The notes below the pieces were generated by a model that was given only the letters and a program-made list of their open reading frames with translations, had not been told where the DNA came from and did no database searches. 64,000 nucleotides of DNA, taken from the NCBI GenBank assembly GCA_963765765.1, contig CAVXYC010000015.1, forward strand, positions 512,001 to 576,000. The letters are read 5' to 3'. The stretch comes from an uncultured Chloroflexia bacterium (GTDB taxonomy: Bacteria > Chloroflexota > UBA6077 > JACCZL01). Of this stretch, positions 41,801-52,553 are shown piece by piece. Position numbers and translations under genes: made by a program. The number at the start of each line of letters is the position of its first letter. Position 1 is the first letter of the stretch.

Positions 41801-44744
41801 GGAGCAAGTCCTGGCCGTCGTCAGCGATCGGACAGGCTACCCAGCGGACATGCTGGGGCTCGATGTCGACATGGAAGCCGATCTAGGGATCGACTCCATC
41901 AAGCGGGTTGAGATTGCGGGGACCGTTGTGCGGCTCCTGGCACTTACCATGGACGACTCTACCGATCTCGAGCGGTTGACGACCAGCCGCACCCTCCGGC
42001 AGGTCGTTGAAAATCTGGAGGCGCTGCTCGCGCCCGGCTCGAGAGTGGAAAGCTCTGAGCCGCTGGCATCGCCATCTCCGGGCGCGCCCGAGCGAACCGC
42101 TCCGCACGCGGAGTCTCTGCCGACCGGGCCGGCCATTGGCCGGTTCATCGTGCGGTCCGTCCCAGCTCCGCCGATCGTTGCTAGCGCCGACCTGGCTCGG
42201 GCCGGCGTCGTACTTATCGTGGACGACGGGACCGGCGTGGGGGCGAAGCTGGCGGAGCTCCTGGATTCGCGAGGCCACCGCACTGTGCGGGTTGTTCAGA
42301 CGGCCCAGGCGACCCTTGGCAGCGCGAGCACGCTGGCGATGGACGTGTCGCGACCCGACGAGATTGCACTCCTGGCCGACCGACTTCACGATCGTTTCGG
42401 ACCGGCGACCGCGCTGATCCATCTGGCGGCGCTGCGACCCGGTGCAGTTGAGGTGGGGCTGAGTCCAGAGTGCTGGCGGGACCGCCTGGATGGCGAGCTA
42501 AGGTCTCTCTTCCTACTGGCCCAAGCATTCCAGGACGATCTTGAACGTGCGGCACAAGCTGGCGGAGCCACCGTGCTGGCAGCGACGGCCATGGGCGGCA
42601 CGTTCGCTACCGATCACGCCGGCGGGGCGTTTTTCCCAGGTCAGGGGAGTATCGCCGGCTTGCTGAAAACGCTTGACCAGGAGTGGCCAGGCGTCCGAGT
42701 GAAGGCCGTCGATCTCTCGCCGGTCTCGCCGGACACAGTTGCCAACTGGCTACTGGCCGAGCTGATGGCGGCCGACGGAATTGTGGAAGTTGGCTATCGA
42801 GATGGGCAGCGGCAGCTACTCGAGTTGGTCTCTTCACCTCCGGAGGTCACGGTCGCCGACCCGCCGCTCGACAGCAACTCGGTTCTGCTTGTGACCGGTG
42901 GCGCCCGAGGAATCACGGCGGAATCTGCGCTGCGGTTGGCCGAGCGTTACCGTCCGACGCTCTTGCTTGTCGGTCGCACGCCTCTGCCGCCCGACGTGGA
43001 GGACCCGCTCACATTCAACCTATCCGAGCCGCTGGAGCTCAAACGGGCCATCATGGAACAGCGAAAGCAGGCCGGCCAGCCAGTCACGCCGGCGGCAGTT
43101 GAGGAAGCCTATCGGCTGCTCCTCCGCGAGCGCGAGGTGCGCGAGAACCTTGCGCGGCTGCGGCAAAGCGGAGCGCGGATCCAATATTTCCCGTGCGATG
43201 TGCGTGACGCGGGCGCATTCAGGACGCTGGTTAACGGGATCTACCAGACCCACGGCCGAATCGACGGCGTGCTCCATGGCGCCGGCGTGATCGAGGACAA
43301 GCTTATCCGCGACAAGAGGCTCGACTCGTTCGAGCGCGTTGTGCAGACCAAGGTAGACAGCGCGCTTGTCCTGGCCGAGGCGCTGCGCCCCGAGTCGCTC
43401 CGTTTCTTGGTCTTCTATAGCTCGGTCTCGGGTCGATTCGGCAACCGCGGCCAGGCGGACTACGCGGCGGCCAGCGAAGTGCTGAACAAACTCGCCCAGG
43501 ACCTCGATCGACGCTGGCCGGGTCGCGTCGTTTCGATCAACTGGGGGCCGTGGCTAAAGACCGGGATGGTCTCACCAGAGGTCCAGCGCCAGTTTGCTGA
43601 ACGGGGCGTGGCTCTGATCCCAATCGAGCTGGGCTGTCAGAAACTGGATGAGGAGCTGTGCTTCGGTCGCAAGGGCGAGGTTGAAGTATTGATCGGCGGC
43701 TCCACTGCCCTGACCGATCGTGCCAATGTCCTCGTCTCACAGGCGGCTGTGACCGCCCCGGAACCTGCGAGATCGAACGGGAGTGCGGCACAGGCATCCA
43801 TGCCCGTCCTGCCGCTACTGATCTCGAAGAGCGCGCTAATGCCGGGCACCGACGAGGGAGTCGAGATCCAGCGCACGCTGGACATCGAGCATGATCTCTA
43901 CCTCGACCATCACCGTCTCGATGGTCGACCGGTTTTGCCGTTCGCGATGGCCATGGAATTAATGGCCGAAGTGGCCACGGCTGGCTGGCCGGACCTCGAG
44001 GTGTTGGCCGTCCGGCAACTCCGGCTTTTGCGTGGTATCACCTTAGATGGGTCGGAGCAGACGATTCGGACAGTGGCCCGGCCCCTGGCGGACTCGCCGT
44101 TTACGACGAATGGCTCCCGCCAGAGCAAGGTTCTCGATCTAGCCATCACTTCCCAGACTGACCCCTCGCAAGTCCACTACCGGGCGCAACTAGAACTCGG
44201 TCCCATGATGGACGGGGACGGTTCCGCCTGGATCCCAACCTCCAATGGACCGACTGCGGCTCTGGGTGACGCCCGGCCGATGTCCATGAACCTAGAGGAG
44301 ATATATGGGGAATGGCTCTTCCATGGTCCGCTCTTCCAGGGCATCGAATCAATTGATGCGATCGGTCCAGCCGGAGCGATCGCCACACTGCGCCCATCCT
44401 CTCCTCGCGACTGCCTCGCCGGCAGTCCTTCGGGCGAGTGGCTCATCGATCCTGTCGTGATTGACAGCGGTCTACAGATGCTGGTCATCTGGGCACGCCT
44501 GCACTGGGACGTGACCTTGTTGCCGTCAGCATTCGAGAGCTATCGCCGATTCGGGCCGCTGGTCGACGCCTCAGGGCAGGGAATTCGCTACGAGCTGCGC
44601 ATCCGTCCGGAGAGCCAGTCCCCCATTTGCCACGCCGACCTTTATTTCTACACCCACGATGGTCACCTGTTGGGCGTCCTGACCGACATGCAGGGTACCG
44701 GGAGCAAGGCGCTAAACAGGCTTGCCGGCGCGAGCCGGCGGTGA
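35841..44744 (+). CDS. Iterative type I PKS (PfaA/HglE-like): ER(FabK/NMO-like)x2-KS-AT-ACP-ACP-KR-DH
   Basis: KGHEAGG and EGRECGGH; DAACASSL, EAHGTGT, GHTKA; GHSYG, AFHS; two LGIDSIKRVEI; TGGARGIT, YAAAS; HRLDGRPVLP, DSGLQ. Confidence 0.92.
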   Translation: MSNNPTPDFEFIVLTPAGTPNPALAIAGSRAGALGILNLEFTGDSEASLSALTELAKHARGRFGVLLDAESEGLLQLVLEQAPPGLEVVALTASAPERLAGLVEAIHANGRRTYVVITNLDEARAGQNAGADALIAKGHEAGGWVGEETSFVLLQRLLQHVSLPVLVQGGVGLHTTPACFVGGAAGVVVDNQLLLTRETPLADDVKTRIAAMDGGETVRFGASFGAGFRAYARPGLPGVDELRQLETALLLENPSESDARRAWRSEVRRRVDWRSAEADVLAVGQDATFASGLARRFVTVSGILDGLREAIQEHCRDAQRLHPLAEDAPLAQSHGTRYPIVQGPMTRVSDRAEFAEAVAEGGALPFLALALMRGPEVKTLLEETKQRLGARPWGVGILGFVPQELRTEQLAVIRECQPPFALIAGGRPDQAQALERDGISSYLHVPSPGLLEMFLQDGARRFVFEGRECGGHVGPRTSFVLWETMVDVLLANLHTGANAAEYHVLFAGGVHDGRSSAMVATLAAPLVERGVRVGVLMGTAYLFTEEAVRAGAIHPGFQQVAVETEQTALVESGPGHATRCAPSPFVEDFEQEKRRLLQGGLPAEELRNRLEELNIGRLRVAAKGVDRDPNPDGEPGARKLIEIGEEEQWSRGMYMIGQVAALRDRVCTLAELHREVSDGGAERLGTAWQTELVAASPTPAPAAVAIVGMSAIVPGAPDLQTFWTNIFNKVDAITEVPEERWDWHQYFDEDRTARDKIYSRWGGFIDPVPFDPLEFGMPPNSLTSIEPFQLLALAVAREALKDAGYLDRPFPRERTSVMFGAGGGGGDLTGGYVTRSMLPTLFGESAAELTESLNGVLPEWTEDSFAGILMNVAAGRVANRLDLGGVNFTVDAACASSLAAVYHAVRDLEARTSDVVIVGGVDAIQNPFAFLCFSKTHALSPNGRSRPFDAEGDGIAISEGFAALVLKRLEDAERDGDRIYAVIRGVGGSSDGRDRSLTAPRPDGQTRALRRAYAQAGFSPSTVGLIEAHGTGTVAGDQAELQALTTFFSELGAPTQGCAVGSVKSMIGHTKATAGVAGLIKSALALHHRVLPPTLGVAQPNPKANFPSSPFYVNSETRPWVQAAGSDPRRAGVSAFGFGGTNFHVALEEYTGDYLPKERATLDSWSAELLVWRGHSPVEILTAVDSLLSDLEQGAEPRLADLAYSLSLSSSSLEAGQPTLAIVATSLADLADKLRAARDLLQSGAERGHMPQGLHYAESPLARDGEIAFLFPGQGSQYVNMARDIAAVFPEARASFDEADSVLSELLERPLSRWICPPPAFTPEEEQRQRAELTETNIAQPALGATDIAFYRLLLALGVEPGMVAGHSYGEFVALCAAGCFDEETLLTLSEARGRFIRESATDDSGTMAAVDAAPDALQELLADPELTLANLNAPRQTVVAGTRTAVERAIAWCAERGLRAQQLPVACAFHSPLVAPAQQRLAQLLRQTSIRRPRIPVFSNTTAAIYPDEESAIGELLAEHLVRPVDFVREIEAMYEAGARIFVEVGPRSVLTGLVDRILGDRPHVCVPLDQPGRPGLVQLLHGLATLVAEGVPLQAERLYRGRTVRRLDLAALRRETRQPQYSSTTWLVDGGRAWPTHGESHQKQRATVPLQMKAADGPTTVAKSSIDATTLASAEREGAHGNGTGNGQHSVSQLQTAAAYNGQTQVNGASSYPTVLGHTPAAVVSQPPAPAKTLETGPAVISSSPLAIINDSTPEVMRQFQQVMQRFLQTQQSVMLAYLGAPEHGVQAPTSESGASTNIQVTSATRQPITVQTPISLGAAIETNGMDTSSALVTGPPVAADAPARLANEVPVDEQGKEPAVSAPIANPASSWGREQITEQVLAVVSDRTGYPADMLGLDVDMEADLGIDSIKRVEIAGTVVRLLALTMDDSTDLERLTTSRTLRQVVENLEALLAPGSRVEQGKEPAVSAPIANPASSWGREQITEQVLAVVSDRTGYPADMLGLDVDMEADLGIDSIKRVEIAGTVVRLLALTMDDSTDLERLTTSRTLRQVVENLEALLAPGSRVESSEPLASPSPGAPERTAPHAESLPTGPAIGRFIVRSVPAPPIVASADLARAGVVLIVDDGTGVGAKLAELLDSRGHRTVRVVQTAQATLGSASTLAMDVSRPDEIALLADRLHDRFGPATALIHLAALRPGAVEVGLSPECWRDRLDGELRSLFLLAQAFQDDLERAAQAGGATVLAATAMGGTFATDHAGGAFFPGQGSIAGLLKTLDQEWPGVRVKAVDLSPVSPDTVANWLLAELMAADGIVEVGYRDGQRQLLELVSSPPEVTVADPPLDSNSVLLVTGGARGITAESALRLAERYRPTLLLVGRTPLPPDVEDPLTFNLSEPLELKRAIMEQRKQAGQPVTPAAVEEAYRLLLREREVRENLARLRQSGARIQYFPCDVRDAGAFRTLVNGIYQTHGRIDGVLHGAGVIEDKLIRDKRLDSFERVVQTKVDSALVLAEALRPESLRFLVFYSSVSGRFGNRGQADYAAASEVLNKLAQDLDRRWPGRVVSINWGPWLKTGMVSPEVQRQFAERGVALIPIELGCQKLDEELCFGRKGEVEVLIGGSTALTDRANVLVSQAAVTAPEPARSNGSAAQASMPVLPLLISKSALMPGTDEGVEIQRTLDIEHDLYLDHHRLDGRPVLPFAMAMELMAEVATAGWPDLEVLAVRQLRLLRGITLDGSEQTIRTVARPLADSPFTTNGSRQSKVLDLAITSQTDPSQVHYRAQLELGPMMDGDGSAWIPTSNGPTAALGDARPMSMNLEEIYGEWLFHGPLFQGIESIDAIGPAGAIATLRPSSPRDCLAGSPSGEWLIDPVVIDSGLQMLVIWARLHWDVTLLPSAFESYRRFGPLVDASGQGIRYELRIRPESQSPICHADLYFYTHDGHLLGVLTDMQGTGSKALNRLAGASRR
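41406..42050 (+). repeat. Exact 321-bp tandem duplication encoding linker plus ACP
   Basis: Copies start at 41406 and 41727 and are identical by eye. Confidence 0.95.
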
Positions 44745-44856
44745 GGCCGCGACTCCCGCGTTTCATCCGGACGAAATGGTCAGTCCGCAGCGTCAGCATT
44801 GATCACGGAAGGACCATGAGCTCATCACATCCAATAAATAGGAACGAGAAAACTGG

Positions 44857-47800
44857 ATGACAATGGACCAGGCTCAGCGCGCAGGTTCGCGGGACGGGAT
44901 CGCCGTAATCGGAATGGCTTGCCTCTTCCCCGGCGCCCCGAATCTGGACGCGTACTGGCGGAACATTCTCGGCAAGGTCGATGCAGTTAGCGACCCGCCT
45001 CCGGAGGCCTGGGACACCGACATCTACTATGCTCCGGACTCGTCGGACACCGATCGAGTGTACTGCAAGCGCGGCGGCTACCTCGGCTCGCTCGTCTCGT
45101 TCGACCCTTTGGAGCACAACATCCCCCCGATTGCCGTGGGTGGCGAGCCCGACCAATGGCTCGCGCTGCAGCTTGCCCGTGACGCGATGGCCGACGCCGG
45201 TTATGCCGAGCTGGAAGAGCGTGTCCGCCAGCGAACGGCCGTGGTGCTCGGCAAGGGCACGTATCTCAATGGTGGCAATGCCATCGCCGTCGAGCGTGGT
45301 CTCGTCGTCGGTCAGACAATTGAGCTCCTGAAGCGGCTGCACCCGGAGTACACAGCGGAGCAGCTTGAGCTGCTCCGCCAAGAGATGAAGAAGGCACTGC
45401 CGCCGATGGGACCGGAAATTGTCCCCGGACTCATCCCGAACATCAGCGTCGGGCGTATCGCCAATCGCCTGGATCTCATGGGGCCCACGTACACCGTCGA
45501 TGCGGCCTGCGCCTCGTCGCTGGTCGCCATCCAGCTCGCCATGCGGGACCTGCGTGACGGCGAGTGTGATCTGGCCCTGGTCGGTGGCGCCCAGGTCTGG
45601 GTTCCGGTGCCTACGCTCAACGTCTTCTGTCAGCTCGGCGCGCTCTCCCGCCAGCAGCAGATCCGGCCCTTCGATGCGCGGGCCGACGGAACCCTCCTGG
45701 GCGAGGGCATCGGGATGGTTGTGTTGAAGCGGCTTGCCGACGCCGAGCGGGACGACGACCGCATCTACGCCGTCATCAGGGGTGTCGGGGTCGCCAGCGA
45801 CGGGCGCGGCGTGAGCGTGATGGCGCCACGCGTAGAGGGAGAGGAGCTGGCAATTCGACGAGCCTACGAGGCGGCCGGACTATCGCCAGACACCATTGGC
45901 TTGATCGAGGCCCATGGAACCGGCACGCCCGTCGGCGATGTTGTAGAGATCGAGGCGCTGACCCGGACCTTCGGCCAGCGCACCGGCGAACTGCCTCGGT
46001 GTGCACTGGGGTCGGTTAAGTCGATGATCAGCCACACCATGCCCGGCTGCCGGGATCGCCGCTCTCATCAAGACTAGCCTCGCGCTACATCACAAGATAC
46101 TGCCGCCCACCATCAACTGCGAAGAGCCGAATCCGAAGCTCGAGCTGGAGAAAACGCCCTTCTACCTGAACACCGAAACCCGGCCCTGGATCCACGGCGG
46201 GGCGGAACCCCGGCGGGCGGGCGTGAATGCTTTTGGCTTCGGCGGGATCAATGCCCACATGATCGTTGAGGAGCATGGCGGAACCCCGCAGTCTGCGAGG
46301 CCAGGGCAGCATGATGATGGCGTCGAGTCAAGCTCGCCACCGCTCGTCAGTCATGCGCCCGCCTGGGAGAGCGAGGTCTGCATCCTGGAAGCCGATTCCC
46401 CGGCTGAGCTGCTGCAACGGTCTATTCAGCTCGCGAGCTTCGTGGAGTCAGTCGTAGCGCGTGACGAGGTCGGGTTCAGCCTCGAAGACCTGGCCTTTAG
46501 CCTGAGTTGCGACTTCGGGCGTTCTCCGACGCCCTTCCGCCTCGCCATAGTGGCCACCTCGCTCGACGACCTCAAGCAGAAGCTTGCCCGGGCGACCGAG
46601 CGACTCGCCCAGCCCTCCTGCCGCCAGATCAAGGACGTTTCGGGCATTTACTATGCATCGGAACCGCTCGGCCGGAAGGGCAAGCTTGCGTTCATGTTCC
46701 CCGGGGAGGGTGCTCAGTACCCGAACATGCTGGCGGATCTCTGCCTGCACTTTCCTGAGGTCAGGGCCTGCTTCGATCGTACGGATCGGCTTCTGCGAGG
46801 CCACTCGCGAGGTTACCTCCCAAGCGACTATATCTTCGCGCGGCCGTCAGGCTCCGCGGACGAAAAAGCCTGGGCGGAAGAACGCCTTTCGGAGATTGAT
46901 GGTGCCGTCGAAGCGGTGCTGACCGCCAACTCAGCCATGCACGCACTCATGAAACGGCTAGGGCTGCAACCCGATGTGATCGTCGGACACAGCACCGGCG
47001 ATTATTCGGCGCTGAAGGCTGCGGGCGCGCTCGAGCTCGAAACCGACGAGCAGCTTACGAACTTCAGCCTGAAGATGAACCATCACTATGAGCAGGAGGC
47101 CTCTCGAAACGGGGTGCCACGCGCGGTGCTCCTGGCCGTGGGGGCCGCGCGCGAGCAGGTCGAAGCCATCGCCCGAGAAGCCGGTGGCCAAGTCTACGTG
47201 GCCATGGACAACTGCCCCCACCAGACGGTGCTGGTCGGCGAGCGCGAAGCGGTGGACCGGGCGCTCGAAATCGCGCGCCGCGAGGGCTTGATCTACGAAT
47301 ACCTGACCTTCGATCGAGCCTACCACACGCCGCTGTTCGCGCCGTATACGGACCACCTGCGTCAGATCTATGGTGAGGTGTCAATCCGGCAGCCACAATC
47401 ACCGGTCTTCTCGTGCACGAGCGCAGCCGCCTATCCGGATGCTCCGGAGGCGATCCGAGCACTGATGGTCGACCACTGGGTCGGTCCGGTCGAGTTTCGC
47501 CGGACCGTCGAGACCCTATTCGATGAAGGCGTACGACTCTTCGTCGAGGTCGGCCCGCGCGGGAACCTGAGTTCGTTCGTCGAGGACACGCTGCGGGGCC
47601 GACCCTTCTGTGCGATACCGGCCGACGTCCAACGTCGTTCCGGCATCACCCAACTCAATCACCTTGTCGGCATGCTGGCCGCCCAGGGAATAAGCCCCGA
47701 GCTGTCATGCCTGTACGAACGGCGCCATCCGCGGCGCGTGGCCTGGGAGGAGGGTGCGCGCACCCCCGCGACTCAAAAGGCCGGTCCGAAGCTCAGCCTT

Positions 47801-50577
47801 GCCAGTGGCTGGCCTATGCTGCGACTTTCAGACGAAGTGGCCCGCAAGGTCCGGGAGAGTGCCGCACTACCCAGCGTATCAGCTAATCGGCTTGCGCCAA
47901 CTGCTTCATTTGCTGAAGCCGCCAGCCGGACGCCGGAAATTGGTGGCCCGGCCGAGCCGACCGGTTCTGCGCCCGCAAATCCCGGTTTCTCGCCAGTCGC
48001 GGGCACTCGCGAGTGCCCGCGACTGGCGAGAAACCGTCCGTGGCCCCGCAGCCGCTGCAACCTGTCCTGGCTGACGGCGTTCAGCGCTCGGCGGCCGCCG
48101 GACCGATGCAGGATTACTTGCAGGTCATGGAGGAATTCCTGGTAACTCAGGAGCAGATCATGGGCGCCTTCCTCGGCTCCCGCACTGGGCAGGCGCAGAA
48201 CTCGCTGGGGACCTTCACCGGGCAACCAGCGATCGACACGGCAAGTGAGATCCGCACAACTTCACTCGCGACGGCCAACGACTCCGCAGACCGCGCCCGC
48301 GGCAACGGCTAAGGCCGAGGATACAGTAGCGCTGCAGCGAGGTTTGCCTGGCACGTCGCCAGAGTCCGCGACCCCGGCTCCGGAACCGATTCCGAGCGGG
48401 TGACGGAACAGCAGCAGATGAACCGGTGGATGAGGCTGACCCGCGAGCTCGTGTCGCGGCGCGGCTGCTGGGTCTGGTCAGCGAGCGGACCGGCTACCCG
48501 ATCGAAATGCTGGATATGCATCTCGATCTGGAAGCCGACCTGGGTATCGACTCGATCAAGCGGGTGGAGATCCTGGGCAGCTATCGGCAGCAGTTTGGAG
48601 AGATTGGAGATTCGGATCTCGAGCGGCTGACAACCCAGCGTACGCTCCAGCAGATTGTGGACACGTTGGCGTCGCCGGCACCGGCCGACGCCACTCCATG
48701 GGCTGCTCCGCCGGTTCGGGCCGAAGCTGCCCTCCTTGCCGAACCGTATGCGTCAGACGAAGCCGGCGCCCCGGGCGAAGCTGGGGTGTCGGACGAATTG
48801 CCATACCCATTACTGGGAAGCGTCGTCTCTCACGAGCCCGGGCAGCAGCTCGTGACCCGACGCAGGTTCGATCTGGCTGAGGACCTCTACCTGCGTGATC
48901 ATACGCTGGGCCACGCCGTCTCGGACTTTGACCCAGAGCTCCAGGCGTTAGCGGTAATGCCGTTGGCAATGAGCCTGGAGATCCTGGCCGAAGCGGCGGC
49001 CGCACTGCTCCCGGGCCGCACCGTCGTGGCCCTGCGCGACGTGCGAGCCAATCGCTGGCTCGCCTGGGACGATCGCCCCCAGACGCTCCAGGTGACGGCC
49101 CGCCGGCTGCCGATCGGGGAGCAGGTCGCCGTCCAGATCCGCAACCTGACCGAGGACGAGCGCAGCGATCATCCGTCGACGAGCCCAGCCGTCGAGGCCG
49201 TCGTGCACCTGGCGGAGAACTTCCCGGAGTCGCCGCCGGCCCAAGCCATTGTCCTTGCCGGATGCGCGAGTGTCTCGCTGGGCTGCTGACCGCCTCTATA
49301 CCGACGCCATGTTCCACGGTCCTGCCTGGCGGGGCGTCAACGCCGTCGAACAGACAGGCGCCACAGGCACGGTGGCCAGGCTACGGGTACTGCCCTTCGA
49401 CAGGTTCTTGCGCGGTTCCGCCCCGCGCTTCGTGCTGGACCCTGTCATGCTCGACGCCGCGGGCCAGGTGATCGGTTTCTGGACCATGGAACACCTGGAC
49501 AGCGGGAAGGTGATCTTTCCATATCATGTCGACGCGATCGAGCTGTATGGAGCCCATCGCGCGAGCGGCGACATGCTCACCTGCACCGCCAGCATCCAAC
49601 TCGTCGGCGAACAGCAGGTCCGGTCCGATATCGATGTCATCGGCTCCGGTGGCCGGGTGTGGATGCGGCTCCTGGGATGGGAGGATAAGCGCTTCGATCT
49701 GCCTGAGCGGTTTTACCCGCTGATACTGTCCCCTCGCCAGACCGAGATCTCGAGCGTCTGGGCCGAGCCGGCCGCGCAGTTCCCTCAACCGCGGCGCTTT
49801 GCGTGCCGAGCTGTGCCGCCGCTGTTCCGAACGGATCGGGCCTTCTGGAAGAGCGTCTGGGCGCAATGCATCCTCGGTCGTTCGGAGCGTGAGCAGTTCC
49901 GGGCACTGCGCACACCGGAGCACCGACAACTGGAATGGTTAGCGGCCCGCCACGCCGCCAAGGAAGCCGTCCGGCACCTCCTTCGGGCAGCCGATGGTCC
50001 AGACCTACCACTCGCGGACATCGAAATCCGCTCCGATGACCAGGGCCGCCCGCTGGTGGACGGAGCCTGGCGGCACTTGGTAGCTGGCCTGCCTGTCATA
50101 TCGCTGGCCCACACCGACGGCTGGGGCGTGGCGCTGGCCGGTCTCGTGCCCGGGGAGGAGACCGGTGTCTCCGGTACCGCGCGGATCGGCATTGACATCG
50201 AGCGACTTCGCAGCCTACCCGATGGCTTCGAAGATATCAGCTTCACCGCTGAGGAGCAGCAACTCCTCTGTGGCCTACCCGACGACAAATATGGGGAATG
50301 GGTCTTCCGTTGCTGGTGCGCCAAAGAAGCGGTTGGTAAAGCTCTGGGGCGCGGCCTGATCGAGGGACCACGATCCGTTAGCATTGCGTCGGTCGATGCC
50401 GACCGCGAAATCGTCATCGTGCATCTGACCGGTGAGCTCGCTGCATCGCACCCCGAGCTTGCGGCGGTTGGGCTTATGGCGCATACCAGCCGTCACGACG
50501 ATTTGATTGTGGCGGCGACACTCTGCGAGCCAATCAACGCGGTCGTGGCGAGCAGCGCCTCTGGACTAACAACGTAG
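44857..50577 (+). CDS. PKS KS-AT-ACP-DH-PPTase (about 5 frameshifts)
   Basis: DAACASSL, EAHGTGT, GHSTG, AYHT, LGIDSIKRVEI, YLRDHTLG..VMP, DAAGQ, IGIDIE..WCAKEAVGKALG across consecutive ORFs. Confidence 0.85.
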
Positions 50578-50622
50578 GATGGGGAGCCTTTCTTGAGCCC
50601 AGAACGGGAAACTTTACAAACC

Positions 50623-50925
50623 ATGGAGGGCGATTCGCAGGTCCTCACCGATGTCCTTGAACTGATGAGCGAATTGGCTGGGGATTGGGAGTACAGCGAC
50701 ACGATTACACCCGGGACGTATCTGCTCGGTGATCTGGGACTCGAATCTCTCGATTTGGTTGTCATCGGAACTGAGATCCAGCAGAGATACGGTCGGTTGC
50801 CCTTCGTCGAGTACCTGGCAGAGATTGGGCAACGACCGGTCCAGCAGCGAGATGTATCGGTTTCCGAGCTGGTCGCCTTCGTTTGCCGGCACCGGGGTCG
50901 ACGCGACAACGGAGGCGGGGAGTGA
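50623..50925 (+). CDS. Stand-alone acyl carrier protein
   Basis: LLGDLGLESLDLV motif, acidic, about 100 aa. Confidence 0.85.
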   Translation: MEGDSQVLTDVLELMSELAGDWEYSDTITPGTYLLGDLGLESLDLVVIGTEIQQRYGRLPFVEYLAEIGQRPVQQRDVSVSELVAFVCRHRGRRDNGGGE

Positions 50926-52535
50926 CCGAGGCGAAGACAGTACTGATCGGCCTCGATGGAGCGACCTTCTCGATTCTCGACCCGTTCATGGCCCGCGGGG
51001 TCATGCCATTCCTACGCGAGTTCCTTGAACGAGGCGTGCGGGCACCACTCCGCAGTGTGGTGCCCGCACTCACCCCACCCGGTTGGACGTCGCTAATGAC
51101 CGGCAAGCGGCCGGGACAACACGGTGTCTTTGACTTCTTTCAAAAGGAATCGCCGGAAAGCCAGTACTTCCGCATTGCTGACTCGCATGACGTCCACAGC
51201 GACACGATTTGGTCAATCGCCAGCGAGCAGGGGCAGCGTGTCACGGCACTCAACTTCCCGATCACTTATCCCGCGCCAATCGTCAATGGCTGCGTCGTTC
51301 CGGGTGGCTGGATGCCCTGGCGGCAGCTCCGGCTGGGCTGCCACCCGCCCGGCCTGTTCGATCGACTGAAGGCTCTCCCGAGCTTCAACGCGCGCGAGCT
51401 AGCTCTGGATATGGCACTCGAAGAGAAGGCCATCGAAGGGTGTGCGGCTGAAGAGTACGCCGACTGGATCACTCTCCACACGCGTCGGGAACAGCGCTGG
51501 TTCGAGCTCCTGCGCTATCTCATGCGCGAGGAGTCCGCGAATCTCACCGGCATCGTCTTCGATGGCGTAGACAAACTTCACCACCTGTGCTGGCGCTTCA
51601 TGGATCCCGCCTGCCAGTCGCCTAAGCCCTCCGACTGGGAACTGGAGATCACGCGACTCTGCGAGCGTTATTTCCGGCAGCTCGACGAGATCATCGCGGA
51701 GATCGTCGCTCTGGCCGGGCCGGAGGCCACCGTGATCATGGCCTCGGACCACGGTGGCGGGCGGACGTCTGAGATCTTCTATCTGAACGCCTGGCTCGAG
51801 CGGGAAGGATACTTATCCTGGACTGACGGCAACAGTGCCCCACCCGACTCGGTGCCCCAGCTTGGCTTCCGAAGCCTTGCTCGCCACGTCTACGAGCTGG
51901 ATTGGAAACGGACGGTGGCCTACGCTGCCACACCCAGTAGCCAGGGCGTCCATATTGTTCGGCGCTCTCCGGACGGCAGTAAAACCATGTCAGACGGTGA
52001 ATATCGTCGGCTCCAGGCTGAGCTTAAAGATGGGCTGCTCGGTGCTAAGGATCCGACCAACAGACGCCCGATCGTGACCGATGTGAGGCTCCGCGAGGAT
52101 GAATTTCCCGGCCCGTACGAAACGCTGGCTCCGGACCTTACGATCGATTTGGCCGACGGTGCGGTCGTCTCGATACTTCAAGCCGACGTGCCGGTCAAAC
52201 GGCGGCCCGAGGTCCTCGGCTCGCATCGCGCCGAGGGAATCTTCGCGGCGGCCGGACCAGGCATCCGCGCCGGTGTCAACCTGGACGAGCTGTCGATCGT
52301 CCAGGTTGCTCCACTTGTTCTCTACAGCCTCGGACTGCCCGTGCCAAGCGATATAACCGGCCGGGTGCCCGTCGAGGCGATCGAACCCGCACAATTGTCG
52401 CTGCGACCCCCGCGATCGGTAGTGAGCTCGCCGTCGATGCAGCCCATTGATACAGCCACACCAGTCGGCGCATGGGATGCCGAAGCGGAAGCGACCGTCA
52501 TGAAGCGACTGCGCGCGCTCGGCTACGTAGATTAG
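50922..52535 (+). CDS. Alkaline-phosphatase-superfamily (nucleotide pyrophosphatase/phosphodiesterase) protein
   Basis: IGLDGA, PALTPPGWTSLMTG, DKLHH, SDHG, GSHRAEG, RLRALGYVD; GTGA overlap with the ACP gene. Confidence 0.88.
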   Translation: MTEAKTVLIGLDGATFSILDPFMARGVMPFLREFLERGVRAPLRSVVPALTPPGWTSLMTGKRPGQHGVFDFFQKESPESQYFRIADSHDVHSDTIWSIASEQGQRVTALNFPITYPAPIVNGCVVPGGWMPWRQLRLGCHPPGLFDRLKALPSFNARELALDMALEEKAIEGCAAEEYADWITLHTRREQRWFELLRYLMREESANLTGIVFDGVDKLHHLCWRFMDPACQSPKPSDWELEITRLCERYFRQLDEIIAEIVALAGPEATVIMASDHGGGRTSEIFYLNAWLEREGYLSWTDGNSAPPDSVPQLGFRSLARHVYELDWKRTVAYAATPSSQGVHIVRRSPDGSKTMSDGEYRRLQAELKDGLLGAKDPTNRRPIVTDVRLREDEFPGPYETLAPDLTIDLADGAVVSILQADVPVKRRPEVLGSHRAEGIFAAAGPGIRAGVNLDELSIVQVAPLVLYSLGLPVPSDITGRVPVEAIEPAQLSLRPPRSVVSSPSMQPIDTATPVGAWDAEAEATVMKRLRALGYVD

Positions 52536-52553
52536 ACATCTGAGGGAGAGGGA

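Noticed and set aside
48013-48426. Split of the second PKS into two genes
   Set aside because: Linker-like sequence continues through alternative frames into the ACP and there is no clear RBS, so indels are more likely.
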